This document shows, piece by piece, positions 24,450 to 39,313 of a stretch of 64,000 nucleotides of DNA (positions within the stretch are counted from its first letter, which is position 1; every line of letters begins with the position of its first letter). Source of the stretch: Iphione sp. A-MEVVRFRX5 (taxonomy: Eukaryota); contig OZ320313.1 in assembly GCA_976226885.1 (NCBI GenBank), forward strand, positions 21,824,001 to 21,888,000, given 5' to 3'. The translations under genes and the position numbers were made by a program. The notes beneath the pieces were generated by a model, which was not told the DNA's origin, did no database searches, and saw only the letters and a program-made list of their open reading frames with translations.

Positions 24450-25900
24450 AGAATCGATGTTTTTTCATCTCTCACTATCCCAGTTTCTTGTGTAAAACAA
24501 TATTCTCTATACATGCATATTCTATTTTTTAGTTACAAGGCGAAAGTTTCAGCTATCTTACTTTTTACTTGTTATCAAGTCAGTCATTCTGGAGACTGTT
24601 TGACGTCATTTACATCAAACCCAGCATCAGGTTTACACCTGTTATTATTCTATGCTACTTTTACGAAGTTTCTAGTACATTTAATCAATATTTCCTTTTT
24701 AATTGTGCCTATTCCAGATTTCTCTGTATTTCCTTGTCTGGCATTTACATTTATATTTCCTTCTCTGTAATGTTCTTGTTCAAGTTTTGGTAAATATCCT
24801 CATATTCCCAGGTAACCTGTGATGAGTCTTATTTTGCATCAGCTATATTCTATTTATGTTTTTTGCACTTGTTCCACCCATAAAATATCTCCATATTCAT
24901 ATACTGGAATCATAGTGGCCTTGTACCAATTGCTCTCTAGTATTTTTCTCATCCTCAAAATGGTTTGAGATACTACATTAATCTTTTTCATTGTTTCATG
25001 CCCATGTTTGGCACATGATAGTTGTCTATCTATCCACACTCCCAGATATTGCTATACATTGACTTCTTCTATTTTATTCTGCTCTGTTTTGATTGTCATT
25101 TCATCAGTTTTGCCATTGTCAGAGAAAGACTTTTCTTTAGTTTTGCTAATATTCAGACTCAGTTTTTACTTTTAACCATCTGTTGACAATGTGAAAGGAA
25201 TTATTTACTTTTTTAATTACTTCATTATGTGAGGTAGCACTAGTAAGGATGGCGATATTACCAACATGCATACACATGTATATTTCAGAAATATTTACAT
25301 TATTTGGTGGGTTAATTATATAAAGCTGAAAGAGATCAGGACCTAGCACTGATCCTTGTGGGACTCTATATCCATTTACATTTTGACTTCATAACTGATC
25401 ATGTATTCTCGGTTGGTGTTTTCTGCAATGTAGATAACTTTTTAGTAATGTTAATGCTGTTGAAGAGAGGCCCTACATTTGCAATTTAGTAATTAATTTG
25501 TTACGGGCAATTGTATCAAAGGCTTTCTGGATATCCAAGGAGGGTACAGCCCTTAAACTTTTTGTTGGCTAATCCTGCACGTATATTATTTCTTATATTA
25601 TAGACTACATGTATATCTATTGTTGAGTATCCTTCTGCATCCTTCTTGTTTTCATATATTAGATAATTCTTATTCAAAAAGGTGACCAGTTGTTTGCATA
25701 GTATTTTTCTAGCAGTTTGTGATATACATTCGGCATTGAGTGTGGACTAATTACTTCCCTTATAAATTGGCATTTTTCTACATTGTTTCATCTTTCTTGG
25801 TATATCATTGTTTGTGATGATTGAGTTACCTAACATTGTAAGTAGTCTGGAAACACTGTCACGTTATCCTTAGTGTTATGTTAAGGTAATCCAGACTTGT
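24450..25900 (-). mobile_element. Degraded CR1/L2-type LINE RT fragment
   Basis: Minus-strand remnants LDIQKAFDTIAR (about 25500-25545), GYRVPQGSVLGPDLFQLYI (about 25320-25375) and YKATMIPVYEYGDILW; multiple stops. Boundaries approximate. Confidence 0.75.
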
Positions 25901-28900
25901 GCTCTTCCTGTTTTTTAATCCTTTGGTAATTTTTTGATAGTTCAGTAGTTATACATCTGAAATGCAATTTGTCAGTAGGAGGTCTTATAGGGGCAGTAAC
26001 AAAACCATTATTAGATAATATTGAAGCACCTATTAGAAGATAACCTCACTGAACTTATAGATAACACACAGTGAGATTATGGTAACTGCAATACTCTGTA
26101 TGAACAAATAGAAGACAGAATTGAGATATGTGTAGACACAATCAAAGATCAGTAGAAAACATATGACAATAAACGTTACTAGATGGAGAAAGAAGTTATA
26201 GATGTAAACAGAAAAATGACTTAGCAACGTATACTACGAAACAGTAAGACTAGAGACAAGCACGTACACAATTTATTATAACATGAGGAAGTGAATTCAT
26301 AGAAAGTGTTAAATAAGGAGTGACATAAAAATATCGAAAAAAACTACATTATATTGAGAATGGGGGATATTATAAATGAAAGGAAGAATATTGCAGCAAT
26401 TTAATAATCACTACACCGCTGTAGCGATGAAAATCTACTGTTATCAATGATTCTGAGATTTGCAAATCTGACTTTTTGAGCCATAGAGACTGAAAACCAA
26501 GAGACTGAAGGCCAATAGAGACTGAAAGCCAAGTTCATGCATACCACCACCCCGTGGTCGATTTGCTTTCATGATATGTCTATGTCTTTTGTTTTTATCA
26601 TTTATGAAGATATAGCCAATTATATTTTCGCCACTGACGTATGATTCAAAATGGCTACCTGTTTGGATGAACACGATGCTTTGTACAAAACAAAATAGTT
26701 TACGAGGATTTATAAATAGAAATGGCTTCCATATTGATCTACAATATATTTGACAAATGTAAGTCATCCTATCTTGAAATGGTCTTATGATTGTAAATTT
26801 CTCCATTGAAAAATTAAGTCAAAACACGTCCGCCATTTTTTGTTTACTTTTCGAACTTAAAGTGTATACCACACAGGCATGTGGTATATGTGTGCATGTA
26901 TATGCACAGGCATGGAATATACGCTGTTTTATGTTGACTGTTTTGTAAAGGTGACAAGTAATGTCTCATCCAATATTGTTGTGATCTCTCGTTTCTTGAG
27001 CCTACTCTTCGTCATCTTTATCTTCTTTTCATTTCTTTGCCCCTTTCTCTGGTCCCTTCAGTGACTTCCTTTGTTCCTTCTATTTGGTATTCCACCTCAG
27101 AGATGTTTGCAGTTATTTCAGGTGGTCTGTCCCCTGAAACATTCTTAGATTTTTATACAGCTATAGAGAGACCGTCCTCCATTTCACAACTATGATATTA
27201 CGATGACTACCCTTACCCCTATCACTAACTTTTCACAGCTTTATGTTGCTGCCTTTTCGATGAGACTTTTAGCTGTAGTGGCCTTCGATGAAAGAGCCTG
27301 TCGAAAAATCGCCCTTCCAATAGTGCTAGTTTTGAGACGTGCTGCCTTTTATGCAGCCACCAAAAATAATCAATCCAAAATAATCTTGACTTCCGTGGAA
27401 CACAACCTTTGAAAGCTTCAAATCAGAGCCTCCACCTCCACCTTCAGATAATAGCAGGGCAGCGGTGCATGAGAGAGACTACCAGTGTCTGTCTCTTTCC
27501 GTCACGTCTGTATCACGAGGTAGTCATTTGGACAAGCGATTGAGCAGACGAACCCCCCCTCCCCTCCCCACCCCACCTTAGACGGGTTAAAAGGAAAGGA
27601 AATGAAGGGAAAATTACAAACAGGTGTGAAATATTCAGTCGACTAATCGTTCAGCATCCACCTATTTTATCCACATGTAAACATATACAGCTACCAGATG
27701 ATTATGTTGTGGTCACCAGATCACGATTTGTGAAATCGTATCGGTCCATGTATATTATAGTTAACGGATTACGATTAGAAAGGTCAAGTCAGTGTCAAGC
27801 CATCCTATGGCACATTAACTATCTCCAACATAGTTACGTAAACTATTCAGATGGCTTGCTTGAATTAGTCTTTCTGTCTTGCCCCCTAGAGAAACTCTTG
27901 CAAGATTTTATTTCAAGGAGTTCAAGGACCAGTTTTTGACCTGATCGGAATATCATCTTTTAGGACTTCTATCCTCTCTGGATGTGGTAGAAATTCCATC
28001 CATTCCTTCACGGATGAGTACGTCTTCCGCTGACCTCGTCCCATAGGTCTACAAGTAAAGGAGAGACCGTATTATCGGGATTGAAAGTATACACAATACA
28101 CTGGGCCTGAAAACAGATTCTCTGTTTCAAAGTCTTGAAAATATGGAATCTGATAAAAGAAATATAGATATACACCTCTTAACAAATCTTCTGGGAACAA
28201 AATCCCTTTATAACGAAGTTCGCTTTCTTGGTATGCGTGGCGTTAGGCCACCTTTCACTAATCCATTTTAAAAAGAATTTACTCAAATAAAAGGAGATAA
28301 ATATACGCATGTAATTCTTCATGCGTGAATGATTTTTTAAGAAACCTCTATTCAAAAACCATGAAACTAAAAGCCACAAAGATGTACCTCACCTAACAAA
28401 GTTTACCCCAATGAAGTGATATCCTGAAACACATCTGCTTCGTAAGCAGAGGTATTCATGTAAACCAGGTAGCTCAGTTGGTAAGAGAGCTGACTAGACC
28501 TGGTCCACCGATTGAGAGTTTACCAATTCTGGGACTGGGACTCTTGATCATGACCAGACAAATTTACTGTAGTCCCAACCTAGAGTTGTTGTAACAACAT
28601 GTAACAAAGAAGCTGCTGTAAGTATATAGGATTCTTTCCCCTATGCACAAAAAAAACAGAAACCTGTAGGAAATAAGAGTAGGGGCAACTCTTTGTATTC
28701 TAGTCTCTCAATTCTCAATAATAAATGGTAGTGTACTACCCTAGGAGGATATGGAAGAACAGCTGAAAAAGCTGATATCTAGTTCCTACTTGAATATATA
28801 ATGAATATACAATATATGGAATTAGTCTGACTACAGGCTTTTGAAAGGGTCTTCATACACTGGACGGGAAGTTTCTTTTGATACTTAACGGGATTTCCTT

Positions 28901-31330
28901 ACGGGAAGGGTCCCCTTTCCCTTTCCCTCTTGTGACATTTGAAAAGGGGTTTGAAAAAGGGGAGTGACTCTGAGTGAGTGACATGGAAGACATCCACTAC
29001 TCTGCATTGGCTCTGTCCCACCAAGATATCTCTCCAACACTCCTGATGACCTGCCAAGCTGGCCGATTCCTGCGTCCTGACGTCCTGCTTTTCAAAGAGG
29101 CACATTGGCAAGTGGCTGGGTTGACAACGACACAAGTCAGTGATGATGCGTGTTGGAAGGTAGAAGTGAAACGAGTCAAACGTGTATAACGTGGTGCAAT
29201 CGTGTCTGTATTGCCGCCATTCAAGTTGATGACTGTTGGAAAGAATCCAGTTGTCGGGGAGAGGACAAGTGCCCTAGACACATTTCTGTCTAATATTGTT
29301 TTTTCTAAAAAAAGTGTTGGAAGGTATGTGCACATGGTGAATTAGTGTTACTGCCAGTCAACGATGGTGTAAAGCATCCTGGTCGCAATCCCAAGACCCG
29401 CTCACCTCCTGCCGTTTTTGTTGCACTGTGATCGGATAGGCTCCGGCCAAGTGATGATGACCCAGTCATTCTCGAGTCATGCCATGACCGAGCTTATACA
29501 TAGTATCACAAAGTGTAAATATTGCCTTCCTTTGGAGCATCTAATTTAGGAATTGAGTAGCACTCACCTAAAATCTCCGTACTGGAACAGTATGTTATAC
29601 AGATTTAGATTTTTTATTGTTCCTCTCCGATTACAGAGTTACCTGGCACAATATCGTAGTGAAGCAAACAGCGCAGTTAATTTGTCATTAGAACAGTGTA
29701 GAATAGTAAACAAGTCAATAGTTTATTCTTCATAGTCGCCAATATACATTACACTTCTTAGATATCACAGCAAACGTGTCATTACATACATCAGGCACGT
29801 AGACATATGATCAAAAAAGTGCTATCATTCTTCAATATCACAGCAACTGTTGCATAGCATACAGAGCACAGATGGACAGGATAATCATACCTCCAATAGT
29901 GACACCAGCAGGTTACACCTTGTCAGATGGTGGTAACAAACATAGCAGCTCCAAAGACACCTGTCACCCTATTTCAAGACTGTTACCAGCCTACATATAC
30001 TTGTTTCTACTTCTGCGATGAGCATCTTCATTGTCGGACCAACTCAGCTCCTGCAATTCTGGTTTTGCACTTGATCTGCCGTTTTGACCAGATGTAAAGC
30101 ATCAAATGCAGAAGTCCAATGAAGTGAAAAGAATTCACTGCACTTTCACTGCAACACAACAAAGGCAATGGTGTCCTATTAGATCTACCATCTGAAGATG
30201 TCACAACGAACAAGCGAGTAACCTCGTCCCGCGAAGAGACCAAAATTGGACACCTGCTAATACCGGACCAATGTCTGTGACGGAAACTCAGAACTTGAAC
30301 AATTCTTTTTTGAAATGGAAAAGGTTCTCGGTCGATGGTGTCAAATATTTTGATACCAGCTTCTTGATATGTATAAGACGCGATAACTTTCACCTGAAAT
30401 CTATAACGTAAACTGTACGTCATGAAGATAGCTTCAGAGGACTATGCCTGGCAGGTTACTATGGTAACAGTATTAATAAATACAACATTGTTTTAGCATT
30501 GCTGTATCGTGTGGTTAACCATGATTTTTTGAGAGATTTTATAAAGATATAAATTGAAGTAAATGGCAATAGAAACTGGTCTCTGTCTTGGTCTGGTCTC
30601 TAACTTAGAGTTGTCATGTCTCGTTTCTTAGGTTCGATGTTATATGACTATGCAACTTGAAATATATACTACGTTTTGGATAACAAATACTGCTGAGGCA
30701 ACAGAACAATCTTAAGTATGTCTGTGCAATAGCACAGAAGAAAGTTCTATCAAGTTCAAAATCGAGATCATTGCACTATCTCAAACAGACGCTGTGACCT
30801 ATTTAGTCCGCAGTTATATCATTACTCTACCCCCTCCTCCCAGAAACATATCAGAGATCATACGGTCAACAATAGATAATACGTACAGTGTCCACTTCAT
30901 TTCATAATGTGGATAGCGATTTGTAATCTACATTCCTACTTTGAGGACCAACGGTGTCAATATTAATTACATGTTGATCAGTGTTCTTCGGTCTGTCCGG
31001 TAGGGGTCATTTGATGCGTTATTTAACCGTTTGACCGATGCATACAAATACACACATACGCACACACACACATATATATAATATAGATTATTGTTACATA
31101 AATCAGGGGATGTGGTAAATAAATGGGGCTGGCACCGGGGGTTTCCAAAGGACCTTTTATAACGTAAGATAGGAAGTAGGTATGTCGGTTCCACAGATAC
31201 ACTGAACTTCGATAATCTACCAGACCTTTTTAAACTACCTATAGTGAGATAACAAAAACATTCTTTAACATCTCTTTTTTCATTCACAGCAATATTGACG
31301 TAGTTGTTCAGCGCTGTCTTGTGAGCGGCA

Positions 31331-31340
31331 ATGTCAGGGG
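31331..31340 (+). CDS. BHMT: BHMT-like exon 1 (MSG)
   Basis: gcggcaATGTCAGGGG|gtaagt; phase 1 matches the next exon (G+AC = Asp). Confidence 0.75.
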
Positions 31341-31617
31341 GTAAGTTCTACGTGACATTTTTTTCATCCCGCCTAAATATATTTGACATATATATATATC
31401 AACTGAAGAACTATCGATGGAAACGTGGCTAAGTTTGCGTAAGTCGTCAAGAAAAAAATCAACTGAAGAACTTCAATAGGCCTAATATGTACATGTATTA
31501 CAAATTCAGTCGAACTGTATATTTGACGCAATGTCCATTCATACCGTAATTTAAGTCTTGTGTATTTTAGAAAAACGTGCGTTTATATAAAGTTCCATAA
31601 CTATTATAAATCCTCAG

Positions 31618-31755
31618 ACAAGGAAAATATCCTCTCCATCTTGGCACGGCGTCCCGTGATCGGAGACGGCAGTTACGTCATCGTTCTGGAAAAAAGAGGT
31701 TACGTCAAAGGCGGAAACTGGACGCCAGAGGCAGTTATAGAAAACCAGGATGCAG
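31618..31755 (+). CDS. BHMT: BHMT-like exon 2
   Basis: tcctcag|[46 protein letters not shown]|gtagga. Confidence 0.93.
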
Positions 31756-34170
31756 GTAGGAAGAACATAATCCCGTCAGGGGACTGAGCCATAATCACCT
31801 TCCCTGTTTGGGCCATGGGGGAAGATCTCATGTGTATGAGACATGGCAAACAGTGTCAAAGTCACATATAATCATCACCGTTATCGCAATTTCTACTCGG
31901 TAATGTATTTGGGGCTGTAGCTAGATCCTTAAGGGGAAAGGAAGTAAATTTGTGTGGTTCGATTAGAGATCATTATTTAGTTGACCAGAATTATAGTGTT
32001 TGGAACTCACAGCTAAGATAGTAGTATAGTCCTTTCCAATGCACCCGATACACGAATACACACCTTATGTGAAAAGATTCATCTGCAACAGACCGAGTTG
32101 GGGTAGTGAGTACCGAATTTAAACATTACAGGAGTTTAAACATAACCCATATTCGTACAGAAATTAGTCAGTTGGTGGAATAGAGAGTTGGTCCGACGTT
32201 GGTAATTGAGAGAGTTTCTCATTGAACGAGTTGGTAATGGCGCAATATCATAATCGCAGAACCACTTGTTAATGCAAATCATGAAGTCCCCCCCCCACCA
32301 CCAAGAATCACCTGCTCACCGTAAGTTACGTCCATATCCATAGAGAGGAAAATATTCATGGATTGTAGCAACAGCTGTTACCGTGATCCGCTTTCATCTT
32401 AAGGTATATCCGTAAGTTATTCATGTCACCCTGGGGCCTTATCAGGTGTTGTCCATCGCAAGCTGTCTGCACGGGCCAGTAGAGTCACCTGGTGGACGAA
32501 GATGACTCTATTAATTCTTCGACCGACAAACGACGCCACCTGCCGAATAAAGACGGAATTTTAATGACATTTAAGTATTCGGTAATCAGGAAGTTTTGGA
32601 GATCGCGTGCCACCCTTGGCAATCTGATCTAGAGAGATATCTGCGCCTCGTTTTATAAGCTGATGACATTCTCTGTGCGTATATATATAAAATCCAGAAT
32701 GGGAATGAAGGAATGTTGCATCCCAGGGCAGAGGATATTAAAAAAATTTTGCCACCAAACACCCCTTTTTATAGCAAATGTTGACACATGGTCATATACA
32801 ACACCCTTTTTTCCAATAAATACACCATTCTTGCTTAAAATGAGGGACATGTCAAGATAAAAACAAACACATTTTCTCCGTGATCTTTTGAAACGAGGAT
32901 GCCTACCTATTAGCTACGAGACAGCAGGAGCTTAAAAAACACAAGAAAATGCATTGTGTGCCTATGTATATTGTACGTTTACAGACTTCACAAAGTGTAT
33001 TCTTGAGCGCATCAGTGCTACTTCTGTATTTGCGGCGAATTAGAACTAGGATTTCTTTTGATTTACTACATGGTTGTCCGCCTGATCCTTTTCGGGATAT
33101 GTTGGGAAAAAAATTTCGCACCGGAGCCTAGAGACAGAGTCATCTCCCTTGCCACGTATTTCCATTGTTTTTTTCGGGATTTTCCATCCGATTATTTGCA
33201 TTCATCATATAATCTAATCACCGAAATTCCCCAATGTTTACCAACTGTTTTCTGGAGACTAAACCATAGCAGAGCTGTTGTCACTGCAAAAGTGGAGATC
33301 TGTCAGGGTGTCAGTTGCCAGTTGGATGATATTATAATTCACCGAAAGGAAAGCATAGAGCGCCGCATAATAATCTTAATTGAGCTGCCAGTTAAAATAC
33401 TTCTTTTGCCATGCTGTCTCATATGAGGCCTTGTGGACACACTGACCTCCCCATATCATTAAAGGTTCCTAGGTTGCATGAAATATGCAGAACAGGGGAT
33501 ACCTTACATACCTGTCCCCCACCTCTCCTCACACATGCACCAGCCTGTAGACATTATAGAAGAAGAAGTTGTTATCATTGTTATCTCACCACCATCACTG
33601 GCTAACCCTTTTCTTACCTTTTGGCATTTATTTTGTTGGGTGGTCAGGTGAACGTATGGCGTTCGTGTGACGGTATTGGTGGTGATCACTAGGTAGAAAA
33701 TGAGTGACCCAACGACTGATGTTACTTGGCTCATTTCCTCCATTCCATTTACAATAGCTACCGGTTACAATTTTGTTTAACAAATTGAATGTGTCATGGC
33801 TTATACCATAGTGAAATAAAAAACGATGTTATCTTTACATGGTACTAATTGCCTAAGTTAAACTATGTAAGACAAATAACTCGGCGGACAATTCTCTATA
33901 TTACGGGCAGAACTGAATGGTACCAATGAGTGGTCACATTTGGTGATCACCACTGTAGAGCATAAATGTGTGATACACCCTGCCTTATTATTTACTGACT
34001 GTAAGGATTAGTGAGAAAGAATTATAATTGAATACGTAACGCATCTTTTGTCTTTGTTGGAGATTTTCGATCCGTTGTGGCTATAAACTATATCCAAACA
34101 GTCCTAGGAATTAATGATCAGATTTCACAGGTGCATTGTCCGTAAAGTTGTGTGTGCTTATATATTGCAG

Positions 34171-34283
34171 TGAAACAATTACACAAAGATTACCTCCGAG
34201 CGGGCGCTGATGTTCTCCAAACCTTCACTTTTTACGCTACGGAAGGAAAGCTAGAGATCAGCGACAGTGCGAAGTGCTATGAC
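34171..34283 (+). CDS. BHMT: BHMT-like exon 3
   Basis: attgcag|[38 protein letters not shown]|gtaaga (not in the ORF track). Confidence 0.93.
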
Positions 34284-34497
34284 GTAAGAACCTGTTTTAT
34301 GGAATAAGCGAGGAGGACAATACCGATCTGCAAGAATTCTTATTGAGAGAAATACGTAACTGGGGGCTCTGTTAGGCCGGCTTTCCATACATACGGAAAT
34401 CTTTCCAAACAGTGTAGTCATCCAGCCAATTTTCTACTCAAGAGGTATACATGTCGGAGAGAGAGACAGAAAGACAGACACAGTATATATGCATGTC

Positions 34498-34700
34498 AAG
34501 GCATATTGGTGGAAATTGTATGACTTTTCATGGAGGTTGAGGCATATTGGTGGAAATTGTGCATTTGTTTCATGGAGGTTGAGGTATATTGGTGGAAATT
34601 GTGTATTTTTGTTTAATGGAGTTTGAGGCATATCCGTGGAAATGGTGTGGTTTTTCATGGAGGTCCAAGCATATTGGTGGAAATTGTGCAGTTTTTATCA
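34498..34700. repeat. Minisatellite, 41-44 bp unit, about 4.7 copies (BHMT intron 3)
   Basis: gcatattggtggaaattgt...tttcatggaggttgag repeated. Confidence 0.9.
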
Positions 34701-35127
34701 GAATGATATGCAAATGAGAAAACATTTCATATCATCCATCATGTGATAGACATTGTCTATCCAGCTGAAAAGGTCCATCTCTCTATTCTACTGGTCTTCA
34801 TGGGTCTCCGGAGTCTGGAAAACACATTTTCACTCTCCAGAGCACAGAGCACGGACATGTATACATGGAAAGCCCGCAGGCAGAATACCTTAGAGCATTT
34901 TTTCTGCAGCATGGACTCCGTGCTTGGGACACATTTTCCAGATGTATGGAAAGCCTGCCTTAATGAGTCTTGAATGTATACATGTAAATAGTTCCCCCCA
35001 TTCTTGAAAGATTCTCAAATTATATGTATATGAATGCTGTCCTATAAAAACAAAAAAAAAGACTAAACAAATACTTTAGAAAACTGCACATTTCCCTGTG
35101 AATCACACGTGTCTTCTGTTATTGCAG

Positions 35128-35322
35128 AGTGAAGACTTAAACAATAGCGCATGTAGTATACTGGATGAGGTTGTAAAAACTAAGCCGGACACACAAATAT
35201 GTGGGGGTATTTCTCCTACCCCGGCGTACGCCGCCGGTAAGGGAGAAAAGGCCGTCAAGGAACAGTTCAGGAACCAAATCACTATCTTCAAGGGAAGAAA
35301 CGTGGATTTCCTTCTGGGAGAG
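35128..35322 (+). CDS. BHMT: BHMT-like exon 4
   Basis: attgcag|SEDLNNSACSILDEVVKTKPDTQICGGISPTPAYAAGKGEKAVKEQFRNQITIFKGRNVDFLLGE|gtaagg. Confidence 0.95.
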
Positions 35323-36272
35323 GTAAGGCTTGGCGTTTTAAGGGTCGTAGGTATAAGAACTATACCAAACATCACGGCTAAGGTTGTATTGATGCTTTAA
35401 GTATTATCCTTTTGATGATGTATATTATTTCAATATTTTGGTCTTATTGAAAATTAACCATTTTACAGTATTTTTCCCCCAAACAATATAAACTTCTAGG
35501 TATGTACCTACACACACGTTTTACACATATAATTAAGGTATACAAATATTTCATAAATGGCTATAGAATGGGATCTGTATTTGAGAGTATGTTAACAGTG
35601 CACTCTAAAAGCAAATTGGTTGATTCAACCAGTTTTCCAACCAGTTTTCATTGGTTACTACAACACATTTATGACGATATCGTAACCAAGAATATTGATT
35701 GTTTTGCTAAATTATTATTATTGATTTACAACAGCTAATAGGATTTGTAGTTTTTAAACCAATTTTATTCATTGTAATGACCGAGGACACTGGTTGGAAT
35801 CCGTGATGAATCAACCAAAACATTTATTGAATTGACCAATTCTGATGAACTGATCATTGAGATTTAAACATAATAGGGTGTATATAAACTCTAAGGTGGA
35901 AACCTAATTCCTTTAATATTAATGTAGAAAATACGTTTCAGGAGTATGGAAATTCCCAAAGAAACTATTCTATGTACATTTATTAATAATGTTTCCTCTG
36001 TAGCAAAATGCATGCATAAGTGGAATATTGTTGTTCACTGAAAGAACTCTTAGTGGAAGACCCTGGGAGAAGTGAATAAACAACTTTCTTATACTGGATA
36101 AGAAAAAAAAAGCTTTAAAGTGACATTGTTTCAACCCATTAGCATTAGTATTAGCATCAGCTGAGATGCATCTCCATTTAACATCTAAGAGTTCATCTAA
36201 TTATTACATGCGTCGATGTTTTCGTTGCTTATGGGAAATACCTTTTCTCTTTCTACATGACTCTAATTCCAG

Positions 36273-36420
36273 TTTTTCGGACATGCTGAGGAAGCAGCAT
36301 GGGCCATAGAGGTCATGCGCGAGGCTAAGCTTCCGGTGGCCTGCACAATGCGCCTTGGTCCCACTGGTGACATTAACAATGTATCAGTGGAAGAGTGTGC
36401 TATCAGGATGGCAAAAGCGG
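36273..36420 (+). CDS. BHMT: BHMT-like exon 5
   Basis: attccag|FFGHAEEAAWAIEVMREAKLPVACTMRLGPTGDINNVSVEECAIRMAKA|gtgaga; 148 nt. Confidence 0.95.
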
Positions 36421-38049
36421 GTGAGAAATTTCATGTGAATTAGCCTCTGAAGCTTAAGCACGTTTCTTAAATTAGTGAGTCAATATGTAATTTTAAGCTT
36501 TGATACTTTCAAACTAAAATTCAGTTCCAGATTGTGATGGATAACGTAAAAAAGAAAAAGTTACCCTATAGATTCCTGACTTTGATAAAAACAGAATGGT
36601 TTCACTAAGATCAGTTAGATAAAGATCAAAGAAAACTTGTAGATGGATGATTTCCTGAGGAATCATGTGCCAACACAAGAAAGCATCACTGTGGGGCTCG
36701 TAAAATCTCATCCATTGGCATAAATGACAAGAAGAACAATGTCTTGTTTGTAATTTGAAATGCTTTCGTAGATAGGTTGGCTTCAATGAACAAACCAAAT
36801 CCGGGTAGGGCAATAGATGGAGAATAGCAAAGAAGTTGCAATACGTACAGTATTACAGACTGTCACAATTGAATGAACCGTATATAGCTATCAGAAGGGG
36901 CTGGACTTTTCCCTCAAGGGTTGATAAATATCCTTTTCTAACCCTATGGAAGCTACAGCGGATTAACGGATCACCTTATTTACTCTGTACCTGGGCCAGA
37001 CGAAAAGAAAATTCTCAGTCCTGTCAGGAACGTCAGGCAGCATACCCGAATAGGCCAGTTTTCCCAATAACTGTCAATGGTAAACTGTCGAGGGTGCTCC
37101 GCCCCGTCTCACAGCAAGCGGTATATATATATACACTTCATATGAATGTATAGTATGGATCGATAGTTCCATTCTGAAACGCAGACACAATTTTTTCCAC
37201 TGTGTGTGTATCTAACTAGTCCAAACACGAATGAAAAATCTCGCAAGCATTATTCAATATGAATAACTTCACATCAATATGCATAGAAGCATATTTTCAT
37301 CATATATTCATGCATATTTTGTATCTATGTCTATGATTCTGCCGCTTAGCCTTCCGTGTCGGTGACTTTTACGAACAAAATAGGATGACCTTTGATTAGT
37401 TATCAGCACTAACGGTTGCTTGAAGAATGATATGACGTATAAGATGATATTAGTCATCGACTCATCGACTGGCATTGATTCACTCTCTCATTTCCTTTCA
37501 TCCCTGGAGATAAGCGTTGCTTATATTAAAGGGAATGGCTGGTGACTTTCAGTGATAGGCATGTGACAGCTCGGAGAGTGTGCTTTGCATTTCGCACGAT
37601 TTCCAGCTATCGCTATGGGAATAGGCTATTCCATCTTCAAGGTGTGGGAATAAGCGATAAATGTGGAGTGGTATGATAGGAAGGGATAGGCCTGTATCTC
37701 TCTCCTGATATTTCACCGTATTGATTATAATGTAGTTACTTCAACGAGGAGAAACGGAGAAAATGCAGCGAAAGTTTTTGAAGTGCTGCTGTTGGTTTCC
37801 TGTTAGTTTTCCACATATGAACGAGCAGTAGAATGAGCACCTCCTATTGGTCTAATGTTGTACACAATACAATTTGTAAAAATCATCCGAGGACAAACTT
37901 TGAAAAATGGATACATATTTTGGAGCTTTTCCAATATTTTCTCAAGACGAATTATTACGCAATTATCAGAAATATGATTTGTCAATTGCTATAAAAAGTC
38001 CATTTCAAACTCTAATACATATACTTTGGAATCTTGTCATCCCGTCTAG

Positions 38050-38238
38050 GTGCTGACATCTTAGGCGTCAACTGCCAATATGACCCGCAGACCTGTATCG
38101 AGACAATAAAGAGGATGAAGGCAGCTCTTGATGCCGAGGGACTGAAGCCTTTCCTTATGCTGCAGCCGGTCTGTTACCATTGCCCAGAAACATCACACAA
38201 CAAGTACGGCTACCATGAATTACCTGAATTCCCCTTCG
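38050..38238 (+). CDS. BHMT: BHMT-like exon 6 (Zn ligand GVNC)
   Basis: cgtctag|GADILGVNCQYDPQTCIETIKRMKAALDAEGLKPFLMLQPVCYHCPETSHNKYGYHELPEFPF|gtaaga. Confidence 0.95.
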
Positions 38239-39313
38239 GTAAGACATACTTCTTCACATTTCGGGGCCGGACTGTATCGGCATTGTACAGCTTGTATGAA
38301 ACGTAGTACATAATGAGGATCACAATGAATTCAGCAATTTCAAGAGCCTGACTCTGTCGAAATTGTAAAGACTGCATGGAACATAGCAAGGCCTCGGTAT
38401 ATCAGCATTCGCTCATAGACCTTTATCAAATACATGTTTCTTATATCTTGTGGTTCGGGTAAGTACAAAACCACTTTCTTGGGAATAAAGTTTGTGCCGT
38501 TTTGAACACTAACTTAGTGACGAGAAGTTTCCGGGAAGAAATGCCATTGGGGATTGATGTTGAGTGACCTGTAAATCCTCAGTGACGTTGAAATGTTACT
38601 AAATGATGCCGACATCCCTTGCTGTCTGTCTGCGATATCTTGTGCGTGATTGAACGCGATTAGAATGATTACAATGTACAGTGTCCAATTCTTCCATTCC
38701 GTTCACTACTACCCTGGAACCGGACACTATTTTCACAGAAAAGCTTTAAATGGGAAGGGTTACTGCATAATTATTTCAAAAAGACATACCCAGTACCGTC
38801 ATCCTGCCACCTAGAGCAGCGCCAACAGAACTTGAACTAAATTAGCTCCCGTTGGAAGCTTGAACAAAGGAAAACAGGTACTACGCCATACTAAAAAGAG
38901 ATTCCAATAAAGTGGGCTGTCATGGCCATGAATGTAGACAAACATCACATAATTTATCATAACGAGGGGTTCAATGCATCTTTAAAACCACGATTGGCAG
39001 GAAGCGACGGTGATGTCTCTGATGGCAGTTAGGTCCGGTTTCCTTATATGCGTTGGTGTCCGTGTGCATTGCCATGCTTGCCATGTGCTTTTTACCAGCA
39101 CACTGATTTCAATGAAGGGTGTCCATTGTGTGCGTGAGATGTCCATGTGCATTGACATGTGTTGCCCATTTTTGGTCCCTGACTGATAATTTAATGCACA
39201 TGGACAGCAAACAGACAGTAGTATAGGCCAGATGGACTTTGAAGAAGGCGCTTTTCATCACATGACCATTACATTGCTTAACATCAGGCACATTACCACA
39301 CATTTCCGCACAA

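Noticed and set aside
28060-28270. About 70-codon open stretch on + (..NEVRFLGMRGVRPPF..)
   Set aside because: No start codon context or splice sites; the RFLG resemblance to RT is too short to support a call.
28468-28500. GGTAGCTCAGTTGGTAAGAG tRNA A-box-like sequence
   Set aside because: No B box, anticodon arm or acceptor stem follows; at most a decayed SINE head, not a tRNA gene.
31403-31427. CTGAAGA...GAAACGTG hammerhead-like string in BHMT intron 1
   Set aside because: Position 17 is G (non-cleavable), stem II is imperfect and no stem I pairing is possible.
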